A stretch of DNA of 58,853 nt, counting the filler, from Nemertoderma westbladi (taxonomy: Eukaryota; Animalia; Xenacoelomorpha), in assembly GCA_032718475.1 (NCBI GenBank). It is 3 parts of 3 records of this genome, joined end to end, with 100 filler letters (N's around TTAATTAATTAA, not from the genome) between each part and the next. Parts side by side here need not be neighbours in the genome. Positions count along the whole stretch, not along the records: positions 9,629 to 38,296 come from JAUCBJ010002654.1; 2 more parts are not named here. One strand, 5' to 3'. The translations under genes were made by a program, and so were the position numbers. Shown here in pieces: positions 12,401-24,987 of this stretch; the stretch's first letter is position 1; every line of letters starts with the position of its first letter. The notes below the pieces were generated by a model. That model did not search any database, was not told where the DNA came from, and saw nothing but the letters and a program-made list of their open reading frames with translations.

Positions 12401-13061
12401 ATTTTAGCCTAATGCAGTAATAGACTAACCAAATAATTTGTCAAAAAAGGATTTCTACAGTAGTACTGTAGAACAGAAACTATGTAATACTTTAGTAAAA
12501 AATACGATACCAAAAATAGAAAAGCAATATTAAGAATAACTATTTATATCACGCTGCTGCATAAAGTACCACTTTATAGGAAAACAGTTGGTACTTGAGT
12601 ATTTATACGTATAATTTTATTCAAAAATTGTAATGTTTATTTTTGAGTGATAAATGTTCATTCATCACTTCGGCACATCGCAGATCGCCCGAAACACAGG
12701 AGACGACAACTACAACTGGAATTCCGAACCAACCAACAGTCTACTGGGACTGAGATTGCTTCTACCCATCGTTTGAACTTCTTCTATATGCTAAACCATA
12801 AGTAAACAGGACGCCGACATCCGCTCGTAGGAATCGTTGACTCGGTGATTCGTGGACGCTTTTGGAGACGATATCCGAACTTTTACCAGATTCCGCAGTT
12901 CCGGGTTACTATGTTGACAACATCCATGACGCTCGCCAGAAATTGATCACACTTCTCCTGAAGTTTTGACGTGGGAAAATTAATTTGAAAAACATTATAG
13001 AAAAATACATTAAAGATACAATAAATGAAACATAATAAAGATATAAAGAATGCAGTCTATC

Positions 13062-13949
13062 TTACCCAAACGCCACCAAACGGCATTCTACCTTACCCAA
13101 ACGCCATTCTAACATACCCAAACGCCACCCAAACGGCATTCCAACATACCCAAACGCCACCCAAACGCCATTCTAACATACCCAAACGCCATTCTAACAT
13201 ACCCAATCGCCACCCAAACGGCATTCTACCTTACCCAAACGGCACTCAAACGGCATTCTGACATACCCAAACGCCACTCAAACGGCATTCTAACATACAC
13301 AAACGCCACCCAAACGGCATTCTAACATACCCAAACGCCACCCAAACGGCATTATAATATTCCCAAACGCCACCCAAACGGCATTCTAACATACCCAAAC
13401 TCCACCCAAACGGCATTCTAACATACCCAATCGCCACCCAAACGGCATTCTAACATACCCAAACGCCACCCAAACGGCATTCTAACATACCCAAACGCCA
13501 CCCAAACGGCATTCTACCTTACCCAAACGCCACTCAAACGGCATTCTAACATACCCAAACGGCATTCTAACATACCCAAACGCCACCCAAACGGCATTCT
13601 AACATACCCAAACGCCACCCAAACGGCATTCTAACATACCCAAACGCCACCCAAACGGCATTCTAACATACCCAAACGCCACCCAAACGGCATTCTAACA
13701 TACCCAAACGCCACTCAAACGGCATTATAACATAACCAAACGCCACCCAAACGGCATTCTAACATACCCAAACGGCATTCTACCTTACCCAAACGCCACT
13801 CAAACGGCATTCTAACATACCCAAACGCCACCCAAACGGCATTCTAACATACCCAAACGCCACCCAAACGGCATTCTAACATACCCAAACGCCACTCAAA
13901 CGGCATTATAACATAACCAAACGCCACCCAAACGGCATTTTAACATACC
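13062..13949. repeat. 32-bp minisatellite
   Basis: Unit CCCAAACGCCACCCAAACGGCATTCTAACATA with 21-bp deletion variants, spanning about 890 bp. Confidence 0.95.
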
Positions 13950-14570
13950 CTGATGTTGTACAAGATAAACATATATTTTTAATTTGTAAAATCACTGATC
14001 TCTGGGTAAAATAACAGTTTTCAATACCCGGGAACCAGAGACCTATCCGGAGACCAAAAAATAGCCCGGAGAATCCAGAGATCAGTGACAAGTCTCTGTT
14101 TCAACTATACTAACTAGTTTAATAGTTACGATTAGTTTGTGAAATTATTACCACACATTATGTAAAAACATTAATATTATAATAGGTATTGTCCAATAAC
14201 ATATCGTATTACACCTAAAGCTGTAAGGGGTCCTTTATGTTACTATGTTACTTAATTAGGTCCTGCGGCATTATATTAGCGTTAGTTGTTGCGTAACACA
14301 GTAGTTTTATTTCTACAGAAAATATATTTATTCCCAGCAAAGATTAAATTGTAACATGTAATATTGACTTTTGTTTATTGATTTGGTCATAATTACATGT
14401 CACTGTAACCTGCTCCTTTCCATTAACGACACCAGGATATTGCACCAAAGCGATTTATAATAAATTTTTGGTCAACGTTGGTTTTTAGGTATTATGAGCC
14501 CAAAACCTAACTTTTGGCCAAGGTTATGGGGTTTTGGGATAAAAATGAAATCGAATTCCCTGTCGTTTAG

Positions 14571-15434
14571 CCCTATTTGGCCGGGGTGGACATTTTAGAA
14601 ATTTTTGTAACTCAACTGTATCTTTGAGGTATGGTCGGAAATCAAGATTTCATGACTTTTCCTAAAATTTAATGGGCTATCCACCAGCCAAACGCCAAAA
14701 ACATAGCTATGTTAGTTTTCGTGTTGTCCCATTCTGTCACTCATCTCCAGTAATTTTCGCGCGAAAATTTTTTCAAAAGTTTTAATAGCTCGATAAAATT
14801 AATTTATTTGCAGTATATAGCGGTTTTTTTAGATGCTGATCACGATTATAGAACTCAGATATAACATTCGAGAAAATTTCTAGTAATTTTGAATGTGACC
14901 CAGGGGCACGAAAAAAACAAGTAGTGCAAATATGATAATGAAAAATTACATCACCAAATCAAACTAATTTTATGACATTAGGGGCTTTCCGGGATGCTGA
15001 TCATGAATGGGACACTCATATCATATCGTATCCGATTCATTGTGGCATTTTTGGACATGTGTCAATTTGGAACGAAAAATACAAGTACCGGTAGCACAAA
15101 TTGATAAAAATGTAATGTTTACATTTCCATTAAATATTCTTAACAAGTTCTATCGTGATCAGCGACCTATAGCTTCAGAATTATCCATCCAAACACAACA
15201 TTTGTTAGTTTGAAATTTTTTCAATTCTACTTTTCGTCCTAGGGGAGCAGAATGGTTCAACAAAATGATGGTTGCAATGTCAGAAAATATTTTTAACAAG
15301 TTTTATCGTGATCAGCGAGCTCGAAAACCTTTATACCACAAAATTGTATTTTTTCAGCCAAAAGATCTAAACAAATTCCCAAAATGACCACCCACCCAGG
15401 GCCAATTAGAAAAAATAGACCTGGCCAGATAGGG
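14571..15434. mobile_element. piggyBac-like non-autonomous element
   Basis: Termini CCCTATTTGGCCGG / CCTGGCCAGATAGGG, flanked by TTAG (left) and TTAA (right); internal inverted GCTGATCACGA/TCGTGATCAGC motifs. Confidence 0.65.
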
Positions 15435-15616
15435 TTAAGGCCCCCAAGTACCCCTCCCCCAGCCCCCATAATCAATTTTTCCTGCTTCTGGGGCCTTTGG
15501 GGCCACTCTTAGATCTCATTAGTAAACTTGGCTTTAGAAATTAAAAAAATACGTATATTTCACAAAAAATTATAAAGGGTAAAGGTCATTTAGTGTATTT
15601 CACTAACTACATAAAA

Positions 15617-15710
15617 ATTCCGGTTCCGGTCGGAATTCCGGCCGGAATATTCCGGCATATTTAATTCCGGTTCCGGCCGGAATCAAAATATCGATTCCGG
15701 GACATCCCTA
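15617..15710. mobile_element. Right end of a hAT-like MITE
   Basis: TTCCGG/CCGGAA subterminal repeats ending in CATCCCTA, the same terminus as the element at 33726-36521; no left end found. Confidence 0.55.
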
Positions 15711-16017
15711 ATTGGAACTAAGTTTGCTTTGTAAAATTTATTTTGGAGCTAAATTCGTTTCAATTGGAACTAAGTTCGCCTTTGAAAATGTGCGATTGGA
15801 ACTAAGTTCGAGCTACCCTAGTTAGGCCCAATATGGCGGCTTAATGGGGTAGCACGAACTTAGTTCCAATCGCACATTTTCAAATGCGAACATTTTTAAA
15901 ATTTTAAAACCCTTATGTCATTTTAAAAAAACAAATTATTATTAATGAATTAAAAGTTAATTACACATTTTAAAATATATATAAATCACGAGTGTACTGA
16001 TACTGACTGACTGAGTC

Positions 16018-17615
16018 TGTGGGGCGAGCCACGAAGTTGGCGGAGCCTTAGCGAATTGACACTGTTAGGGGGTGGGTCAATTTATGCAAATAGTTGTCGT
16101 CGTCGTCGTCGTCGTCGTTGTCGTCGTCGTCGTTGTCGTCGTCGTCGTTGTCGTCGTCGTTACGATTTTGACATGCTAATAACTTTGTCGGATTTAAAGC
16201 TGCCAAGTTGAAAATTTGTAGGTATCAATATAAGCAAAAGTTGAGATTTTTGAGAGACTTTCAGACACCATCAGTGCAATGGTCTCCCGCTAGAGGGCCA
16301 CATGTCTAAACATTAAATGGCCACCCATTTCTTTGCTTTTAATCCGTTTAAGCTGAAACTTGGGAAGTATGTACTAGACCATTAGCTGTAAATTTCAAAG
16401 GAGGCTAATCTGTCTGCAGTTCTCCAGTCTGCCGCTAGAGGGCGAAATGTCCCGAATGTGAAATTATTCTTCCATTTAGTTGTTTATGATCTGATTACGC
16501 TGAAACTTGTCATATATGTACTAGATGACATCCTGAGTCTTTGTGTGGATTGTAATCGGTCCGAAGTTTTCCAGTCTCCCGCTAGAGGGCCACATGTCTA
16601 AACATTAAATGGCCACCCATTTCTTTGCTTTTAATCCGTTTAAGCTGAAACTTGGGAAGTATGTACTAGACCATTAGCTGTAAATTTCAAAGGAGGCTAA
16701 TCTGTCTGCAGTTCTCCAGTCTGCCGCTAGAGGGCGAAATGTCCCGAATGTGAAATTATTCTTCCATTTAGTTGTTTATGATCTGATTACGCTGAAACTT
16801 GTCATATATGTACTAGAAGACATCCTAAGTCTTTGTGTGGACAGTAATCGGTCCGGAGTTTTCGAGTCTGCCGCTAGAGGGCGAAATGTAGGAAAGTGAT
16901 AACCTTTGCGAATTCCTTGATCTTAATCTATTTAAGCTGAATTTTGGAATATACAGTACCGGTATGTACTAGACCACATGCCTCGTCTTTGTGAGGAAGG
17001 TGATCGATCCGTAGTTCTTTAATATGCCGCTAGAGGGCTAAATGTATGAAAGTGAAAACCTTCCAACATTTCGTTATTTATGATCCGTCAATCGGAAACT
17101 TGGTAGATATGTAATAGACCATAGGCTGTGGCTTTGTAGGGAAACTAATCCTTCCTTCTTCAGTTACCCAGTCTCCCGCTAGAGGGTTAACGTTTTCCGG
17201 GAAAATCTTCTCCTATGTTTTTATAATCCTTTCGAGTTGATACTTAGCATTAACTCATTTCACGTGCTGCGCGAAGGCCCCACTTCGTGTAGTATTATAT
17301 ACTCACAAGTCATGCACATTGTGCCATTTTCACACCAATTACGATATTTACCAGTTGCTTCGGTTTAGGTTGATGGGCGTTGTTTGGGTTAGAAGCTTGG
17401 GCGTTGCTTTTTTACAATGAATATTATTTTAAATGATTAAATGTAAATGAATTTAATTGAATTGTTTGGGTTAAGAGGTTGGGCGTTGTTTGGGATAAGA
17501 TTGTTTTGGTTAGGAGGTTAGGCGTTTTGGGTTAGTTATTTACAATTATTATTTAACCATCCACCTAATAGTGTCATAAAACAGATTCTTCGCCAAATAC
17601 GTGGCTCGCCCCACA
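16018..17615. mobile_element. TIR element interrupted by a Helentron-like insertion
   Basis: TGTGGGGCGAGCCACG-A-TTGGCG-AG at 16018 and its inverted copy ending at 17615; no TSD seen. Confidence 0.65.
16081..17292 (+). mobile_element. Helentron-associated (HINE-like) element with (GTC)n microsatellite and about 146-bp internal tandem repeats
   Basis: (GTC)n at 16096-16160; seven related units of 145-156 bp with a near-perfect 292-bp dimer duplication; terminal stem CGAAG-GCCCCA-CTTCG followed by TGTAG. Confidence 0.65.
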
Positions 17616-19012
17616 CCTGAAACATTGGAACTAAATTCGCTTCCATTGGAACTAAGTTCGCATCCATTGGAACTAAATTCGCATGTATTGGAACTAAATT
17701 AGTTTTATTTTTTCTAGTTATTGGAACTAAGTTCGCCTAAATTGGAACTAAATTCGCCAAAATTGGAACTAAATTCGTTTCCATTGTCGGAACTAAATTC
17801 GCATGAGGCTTAAATTGGAACTAAGTACGGGGAATCCTTAATGGCCTTTCGACGACAGCAACAAGGGAACGTCGACAAGATGCATTAAGGGGACTCAGCA
17901 GATCATTCGCCCCCGCCCTCTCCCAGGTAAGACCATGCTTGCCGCCTTCTATCTAGCTGTAAGACCTAGATCGCCCGGTAGAAGGTGGACCTACTTGACG
18001 CACTGGGACGCCGCAAATTTAGGGGGTAATATTTTCAGATTCAGGCGGACAAACCATAAGTTGACCTTCATACATCTACAGGGGCGTTCTTAGGAACATC
18101 GCGAGCGGTAATTTGGTGGCCGTTTTGCCAGCGAAAGAGCTGTTAGTACCAAGTTGTCCTCTAGGCCGTGTAGAGATGTCAGCTGGTCTGTATGGATGTG
18201 ATATATTACCCAGGCAGAGGGCAGCCTTTTTACTACTATTAGGCGTACAACATTCTCAGGCTAAGGCGGTTTACAATAACATACCGGTACCGCGCCCTCG
18301 CCAAAATACTGATAGGCGCTGCCGCAGTAACACCTAGGCAGCAAAAGTTCTATAAAAAGAAACAACCAGACCAATTATCAGTACAGTACTAAATAACGGA
18401 TAATTCACTCTCCTTCACACTCAGAGTCTGGAAAAAGGTGCCGAATTTCGGGCGTAGTTATTAACACCGTATATGCCTGACTGAGTCGCGAATACAGGAG
18501 GAGAGCCCCACCCGCGTTATCGTAAGTACTGGACCTACTGTACGTGCAGGAAGGTGACTGGATTTATTTAGAGATCCAGCACTCATTTTTTCGCCATACC
18601 GATCATCAACCCCGAGTAAAGAGATGTACATACACAGACCCTTTTTGTTAAAATTTAGTTATGCCATTTATTGATTCAAATTAAATTCGCACATGCACAC
18701 ACATTCTAGAACATTCCATTATGTACTTTGTGATATTATATACCAAACTGTCTTGTCCTCCGATAGTCCGCTAGTATTTAGCTAGCAAACCCTCCGCCCA
18801 TATAAACCACACCGCGGCAAGTTTGCGAACATAGCCAGCCCCGTCAGCGTTATTACAGTAGTTTAGGATTCGCTGCGCGGGGATTGTTTTCTGGCAAGTT
18901 TTGTCTGTTATCAGACTGATTTTCTGCCTCACCGGTTAGAGAGAGAGTAGACCTGTTTGTCACGTTGGATCAGGCGTTTTGTTCTCGCTCTCGCTAACAA
19001 TGCATAATGTAT

Positions 19013-19662
19013 CTAATGCTGGCAGTTGATCCCTCTATAATGCTGCCTGTTGATCCCTACTGTATCTATAATGCTGCCTGTTCATCCCTGTAATGCTGGC
19101 TGTTGATTCCTATAATGCTGACTGTTGATCCCTATAATTTAGGCTGTTGATCCCCATAATGCTGGCTGTTGATCCCTATAATGCTGGCTGTTGATCCCTA
19201 TAATGCTGGCTGTTGATCCCTATAATATAGGCTGTTAATCCCTCTAATGCTGGCAGTTGATCCCTATAATAATGGCTGTTGATCCCTATAATGCTGGCTG
19301 TTGATCCCTATATTGCTGGATGTTGATCCCTATAATGCTGGCTGTTGATCCCTATTATACTGGCTGTTGATCCCTATAATGTTGGCTGTTGATCCCTATC
19401 TATAATTATGGCAGTTGATCCCTCTATAATGCTGTCTGTTGATCCCTATAATGCTGGCTGTTGATTCCTATAATGCTGACTGTTGATCCCTATAGTTTTG
19501 GCTGATGATCCCTATAATGCTGGCTGTTGATCCCTATAATGCTGGCTGTTGATCCCTATAATGCTGGCTGTTGATCCCTATAATGCTGGCTGTTGATCCC
19601 TATAATATAGGCTGTTAATCCCTCTAATGCTGGCTGTTGATCCCTATAATGTTGGCTGTTGA
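19013..19662. repeat. 22-bp minisatellite, left part (split by the LTR element)
   Basis: Unit TGTTGATCCCTATAATGCTGGC. Confidence 0.95.
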
Positions 19663-20221
19663 TGTTAGCTTATCCAATTCCGCTAACACAAACCCATAAA
19701 GTGAGCCGTTAAGCAATATTGGGAGCACGAGGTTGATTACCAATATCAACCTCGTGTCACCCCAACAAAGTGGGAAGGAGAAAACACACACACACGCACA
19801 ATAAGGGTCAGGGGTTATACCCCTGAAAGAGGGAGAATAGCAGGGGCAAGGGGGAAGCACTTCAGGGGAGGAAAAGGGTGACAACAGAGTTATTAGCCAA
19901 TGGGGGGAAGGCACCGGCTGAGTAGCGTAACTTGGCCAACCGTGCAATATATTACCATTCAGTCAGTGTATCATTTAGTCAGTGTAGCATTTGGTGTTAG
20001 TTAGGTTAGTTTAGCTAGGGAAGTACCGGGACTTTTAATCACCGTTTCCCGCCTTCCGTTTACTATATCAGCAATTCTGTGTATCATTCATTTATCTATA
20101 CTATTATACCCAAGGACTATATACAACGAACAACGCGAACTCTTTTCACCTTTTCACACACGGCGGGGACGCGTAGATTAATAAACCGGATAAATCGGGA
20201 TCCTTCGTGGATCCCGTCACA
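19663..20221 (+). repeat. 5' LTR (559 bp)
   Basis: TGTTAGC...CCCGTCACA; AATAAA at 20180; near-identical to 31103-31663. Confidence 0.97.
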
Positions 20222-20289
20222 GTGATTAAAACCCAAGCTGCCGCCCCTAGTTAAACAGTGACTACCAGCCATCAATCTAAAGTACAAAG

Positions 20290-23200
20290 ATGAGCCAAGG
20301 GAGAGAAACGAAACCACCGCGGACCCCGGACGGCGATCTAACGATCCGCGAGGCCGCGACGCAACGGTACCGTCCCGCGACGCCGAATCAACCGACAACG
20401 AGCGATCCGGCGATCCAGGATGAGGGGTGCCGTCTGCAACCGGAGAGCGAGTCGAGAGAAAGGAGAGACGAGTCGAGAGAAAGGAGAGATGAGTCGAGAG
20501 AAAGGAGAGATGAGTCGGGAGAAGAGAAAGACGAGTCGACGCGGAGCGAGGGTCGACGTACCGATGTCGCCGGCCAGCCACAGGCCGAGGGCGACGGACG
20601 GCCCACTGGAACGGCGACGGTGGGGCCGACGGTACGACGTCGGACCCGGAGAGATGGAGGAGAGGTCGGCGATGAGGACGTCGGGGTTTCTGATCGACTT
20701 CGACGGGCCTACAACGCGACCCGGAAACTACTTAAGGAGGCCATAGAGGGGGCGAGGATAGACGAGGTAAAGTTGACAAAGGGACTAGGTGAGTCGGATA
20801 AACATTTTAATTATCTAATGCGCTTTGGGCAGAGAGAACTGGCCAAGGAGAGAGCGAGAGGGGTTGCCGAGGAACTGTGTGATCTATGGCGGTGTAGGGG
20901 TATGCAACCTAGTGTAGTGTACATAGGGCCATACTTAGTCGATGCCCGGGGAATAAAATTAGTGGGTTGGAGGAGACCGCAGGAGGGCGAATCCGAGGTT
21001 AACCCCGAGGATTCGGTCTCGTCGGTCGGAGAAAGTTCCGGGAGGCGGGGGAAAGATAGTAGGACAGGAAGACGGAGGGAATCCATCACAACCGATAAGT
21101 CTGCTACATCCTCTGCAAAAGGAAGACAGGTGGCGGCAATAAATCTGGCGTGTGAACTCGATCTGGCGGCGCAGAGTCAGAGAGAATTCGAGAGACGGTT
21201 AGAGGAAGAGAGCGCGCTATTAGAGAAGGAGAAAGAACTAGTTAGAGAAAATAGAGAGAAAGCTGAGAAGGTGGCGAGAAGCTTTAGGGAGCGTGAGGCG
21301 AGAGAGCAAAGTGAGCGCAAGGAGCGTGAGGCGAGAGAGCAAAGTGAGCGCAAGGAGCGTGAGGCGAGAGAAACAGAGTTAGTGAAACAGAACTTGCAAG
21401 AGGATACAGAGAGAGAGAGAGAACGGGAAAGCATGTGCGGGATGGTATACAGGCCCAGATAAGCGAACTTATTGAGTATCAAACCAGAAAGAAACACAAA
21501 CTGAAAATGGCGCAGATGGGGTTGTCAGAGAGTGACGCTGGCTCGAGTGCTCTCGAGGGGCCAAGGGCCGTGGATACATTTATTAGTACCCCACTTACAG
21601 GGACCGCACGACAGACCCGAGACTGGTGTGACCGTACGGGCGGGGGGGGGGGGGGGGGGGGGGGTAATAATAATAATACAGTAGACGACGTTAATATTAA
21701 TAGTACCGTATTAGATAATCCTAACCAAACCTTTATTCCAGGAAATATTTTGCCTAGTAATAGTAATTTAAACTTAAATGCAATTAATCCAAATACTTTA
21801 AATAATGATCCAAACCGAACTTGCAAAATAATTCAAATAATCCTACCTCGAATGGACAAAATAGTTCTGTTTCTAATTTTGGTTCACAAAATAATTTAGG
21901 TGAACTAGAGGGCCAAGTTGGTGACAACCACAGTGGTGCTATTAACATGAACACGTCGGATATATACAACCCGGCAAACGGGGGCCTAGTAGGCCACGTA
22001 GTTGGTAGGCAGAAAGTGGCGGGGTTAAGTCAACCCAACGGGGGCCTGGTAGGCCGCGTAGTTGGTAGGCAGGAAGTGACGGGGTTGAGTCAACCCGAGG
22101 TGGGCCTGGTAGGCCACGTAATTAGTAGGCAGGAGGTGGCGGGGTTGAGCCAACCTGGAGTAGGCCCGGTAGGCCAAGTAGTAGTGGAGAGAGAGGCAGG
22201 GGTAAGCGAACCCAGCCGCAGTAGAAATATTGTGTCGACTGGAGAGGGGTGTAGAGGTGAAGTGAGAGATAGTGAAGTGAAATGTGGCGAGTGGGGGGGG
22301 GGGGGGGGGGCTACAGGAGCCCCACAACAGCGAGTTAGCGGCGAAAGGGGGGGGGGGGCAGAGAGTGTCCCACAGGCGTCGGCGGATAATGCGCGGGCCA
22401 AACTAGGTAAACCGCAACACCCGGCGACGGAAAGCAATAGGGGGATTGCGAATATCCCCAGCGACGTGCGATCGAGCAGAGAGAGGCAGGTTGACGTCGC
22501 GAGAGGGCAGACGAAGCGTCGAGCCCGATCAGAAGAGGGAAGAAGAACAGTGGAGTTTAACCGGGAGACGGAGGAGAGATCTCAAGAGCGGGAATACTGC
22601 ACTGGAGAGAGAAGAAGAGAAGAAAGAAGGGGAAGTATCGCCGCGGGCGATAGGAGTGCGAGGACGGATAGCGAGCCGTCGATAGTCGAGATGGGAACGG
22701 AGAGTCGGTGGGGTCGAATTTCGGGAGATTGCCGTCGCCCCGAAGAGGCGCGACCTGACGAGGCGCACTACGCGCCGATAGAGGGGTACGCGATGTACCG
22801 ACGTGAGAATGAGAGTAGTGGAGGGGGTCGAAGAGAGACTTTCCGGCGGGATATAACTACCGATCGAGAATACGGTAGCCGCAGGGAGGATTATTCGAGA
22901 AGATTAAACTTCGATCCCGAGCGACACATACAGACTGTAGGACATACTGTAGGCCTTACTGCACATACCATAGGCCATGCTGACAGGAACAATGTAGGCG
23001 ATAGGATAGCGCGGACGACGGAATTAAACCCGGAAGTCGCGGAGCGGAGTACATACCGGCGGGTAGACCAGGAGCTGATAGGCCTATACCGGTACCAGCA
23101 CAGCAGTATGACTACAGCATGCAGGGACATAACATATACCCAGGGGAGGGGGGAATTATTGCGGATAGGTGCATGGGACCCAATATATTAACATCAACCC

Positions 23201-24987
23201 CAGTACCAAGCATACCGGTGGGGGGGGGGGGGGGGGGTGACAGAGTGACATTCCCCCATCACAATATCAACAATATACCCCGATAGGAGCAAGAATAACG
23301 AGACCCTTGGATGAAAAAAGATCAGGCGACACAGAAATATGGAGGGGGCCGCTACCCCCAATGATATACCCTAGCCAAAGGAAGGTAGGAAATAGGACGG
23401 ACGGACCACACCCAACAGGAGAAACTATACAACATCCATCAAACCCATTGGAAGCGCAGGCGATGGGGATGGCCACGTTGATCGATGCGTTAAAAACTAG
23501 GATCGAGTTACCACCCGTGGAACCGTTTAAATTCGATGGGAGTAGGCCGGAAGAATACCTACAGTTTCGGCGCATGTATAGTAACGAAATACTGACAAAG
23601 AACTTGACGCAGGTGGAGTGCCTAAAATATCTGCAAGTATATACAGGAGGCCCAGCATACGACTTCGTGAGGCAATACCAGGGCATAGAGGGCGGCTTCG
23701 TGACGGCATGGCGGGCACTGGACAGGGAATACGGGCACCCAGCCAAGATCATCCGGCAAACCCTGAGGGGCATAACATCGGGTGGCCTACAGGATAATCC
23801 CGTTAGCATAAAGACATTCGCTAACAAAGTTGAGAAGGCGCTAATCGTGCTAAAGACGCTAGACGCGCCATACGAACTCAACGCGTCCAACAACATCACC
23901 ACGATAGCGCAGGCACTACCGATGTGGCTGCGCAACAAGTGGAGGAAGATCGCTTTCTCCACTCGAGATAGGAAGGGTGCGGAACCGGGTTTAGAAGAAA
24001 TGTCGAGCTTCTTAAACTACGAAGCCGAATTAATAACCGACCCAGTCTATAGTGAGGACAGCCTGGTAAAGGGACCAAGAACCGACTACCATAGACCGAA
24101 ACCAGAGCACAACACGTCAAACGCATTACCAAAGCTCAGGCAATCATTGCCATACGCAGCGACGCAGGGGACTGCGAGTCCACAGGTAGCCGGGGGTAAG
24201 ACCACATCATGGAGCGGACAGGGGAAAGATAACAACACAAATAAATATAACCCCAGCACGCCCAGTAGGCCGAACCCAAACAATAAGAATAGTAGGGACT
24301 TTGGTACGATTTGCGATACGCGATGCACTGTACAAGGACGGCTACGACCCGAAGAGCAAATGCCAACTACACACAAATGCGCATCATCGAACCATGAACT
24401 GTAGCTACTGGCAAGCGCTACCCAGGGAAGATCAGGTAGAGTACGCGGCGAAAAACGAGATATGCTCGCGATGTGTAATGGGTGGACATAGAGCTAGACA
24501 ATGCAAGGAGACTCCAATTAAGTTCGGTCAAAGCAAAGGCCAAACGATGGCAACGAGCACAGTAGGGGCGAAGAAGAGAGGAACGGTGCTACTTGGGGTA
24601 GTACCAGTGCGAGTGATTGGGGAAGGCAATCGATCAGTGACCACATTGATGCTGGTCGATAGTGGAGCTGCCTTCACATTAGTTGAAAATTGGGTGGCCG
24701 AAGAGATAGGATTGAGAACGAGGCCAAGTAGAATGGCGGTAACAACAATCTCTAGCAAAGATGAGGTCCTGGAGATGAGGACCGGACGGTGCGCAATTGC
24801 AGCAGTGGCACCGGGATGCGACTACGGGGCGACCATCGACCCCATCCAAGTGATAGAGTCAATAAATATCAATGCCAGGCGACCAACCAACATCGAGGTC
24901 GAGCAATATAAATTCCTGGACGATATCGACTTCTCAATCCCAGAGGTGGACGTCAGGAAGGTATCCATCATAGTGGGAATGGACTGA
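20290..24987 (+). pseudogene. BEL/Pao gag-protease region, broken by several frameshifts
   Basis: Long charged, low-complexity N-terminus; capsid-like PVEPFKFDGS...YLQF...LDREYG region; Cys/His knuckles CQLHTNAHHRTMNC and CSRCVMGGHRARQC; protease LVDSGA; in-frame TGA at 24985. Confidence 0.85.

Larger units (their letters stand above)
15711..17836. repeat. Clusters of TTGGAACTAA(A/G)TTCG subterminal-type repeats (15711-15890 and 17624-17836) flanking nested elements
   Basis: More than 12 copies of the motif; about 45-bp inverted repeat centred near 15830. Confidence 0.7.

Noticed and set aside
12884-12958. Possible minus-strand terminal exon (CAG|EKCDQFLASVMDVVNIVTRNCGIW-stop), phase-compatible with the spectrin exon
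   Set aside because: Weak acceptor, no recognisable motif such as KASH, and separated from that exon by an assembly gap.
17940-17990. Nested stem CCGCCTTCTA...TAGAAGGTGG as a ribozyme or ncRNA
   Set aside because: No hammerhead, twister, tRNA or snRNA consensus could be fitted.
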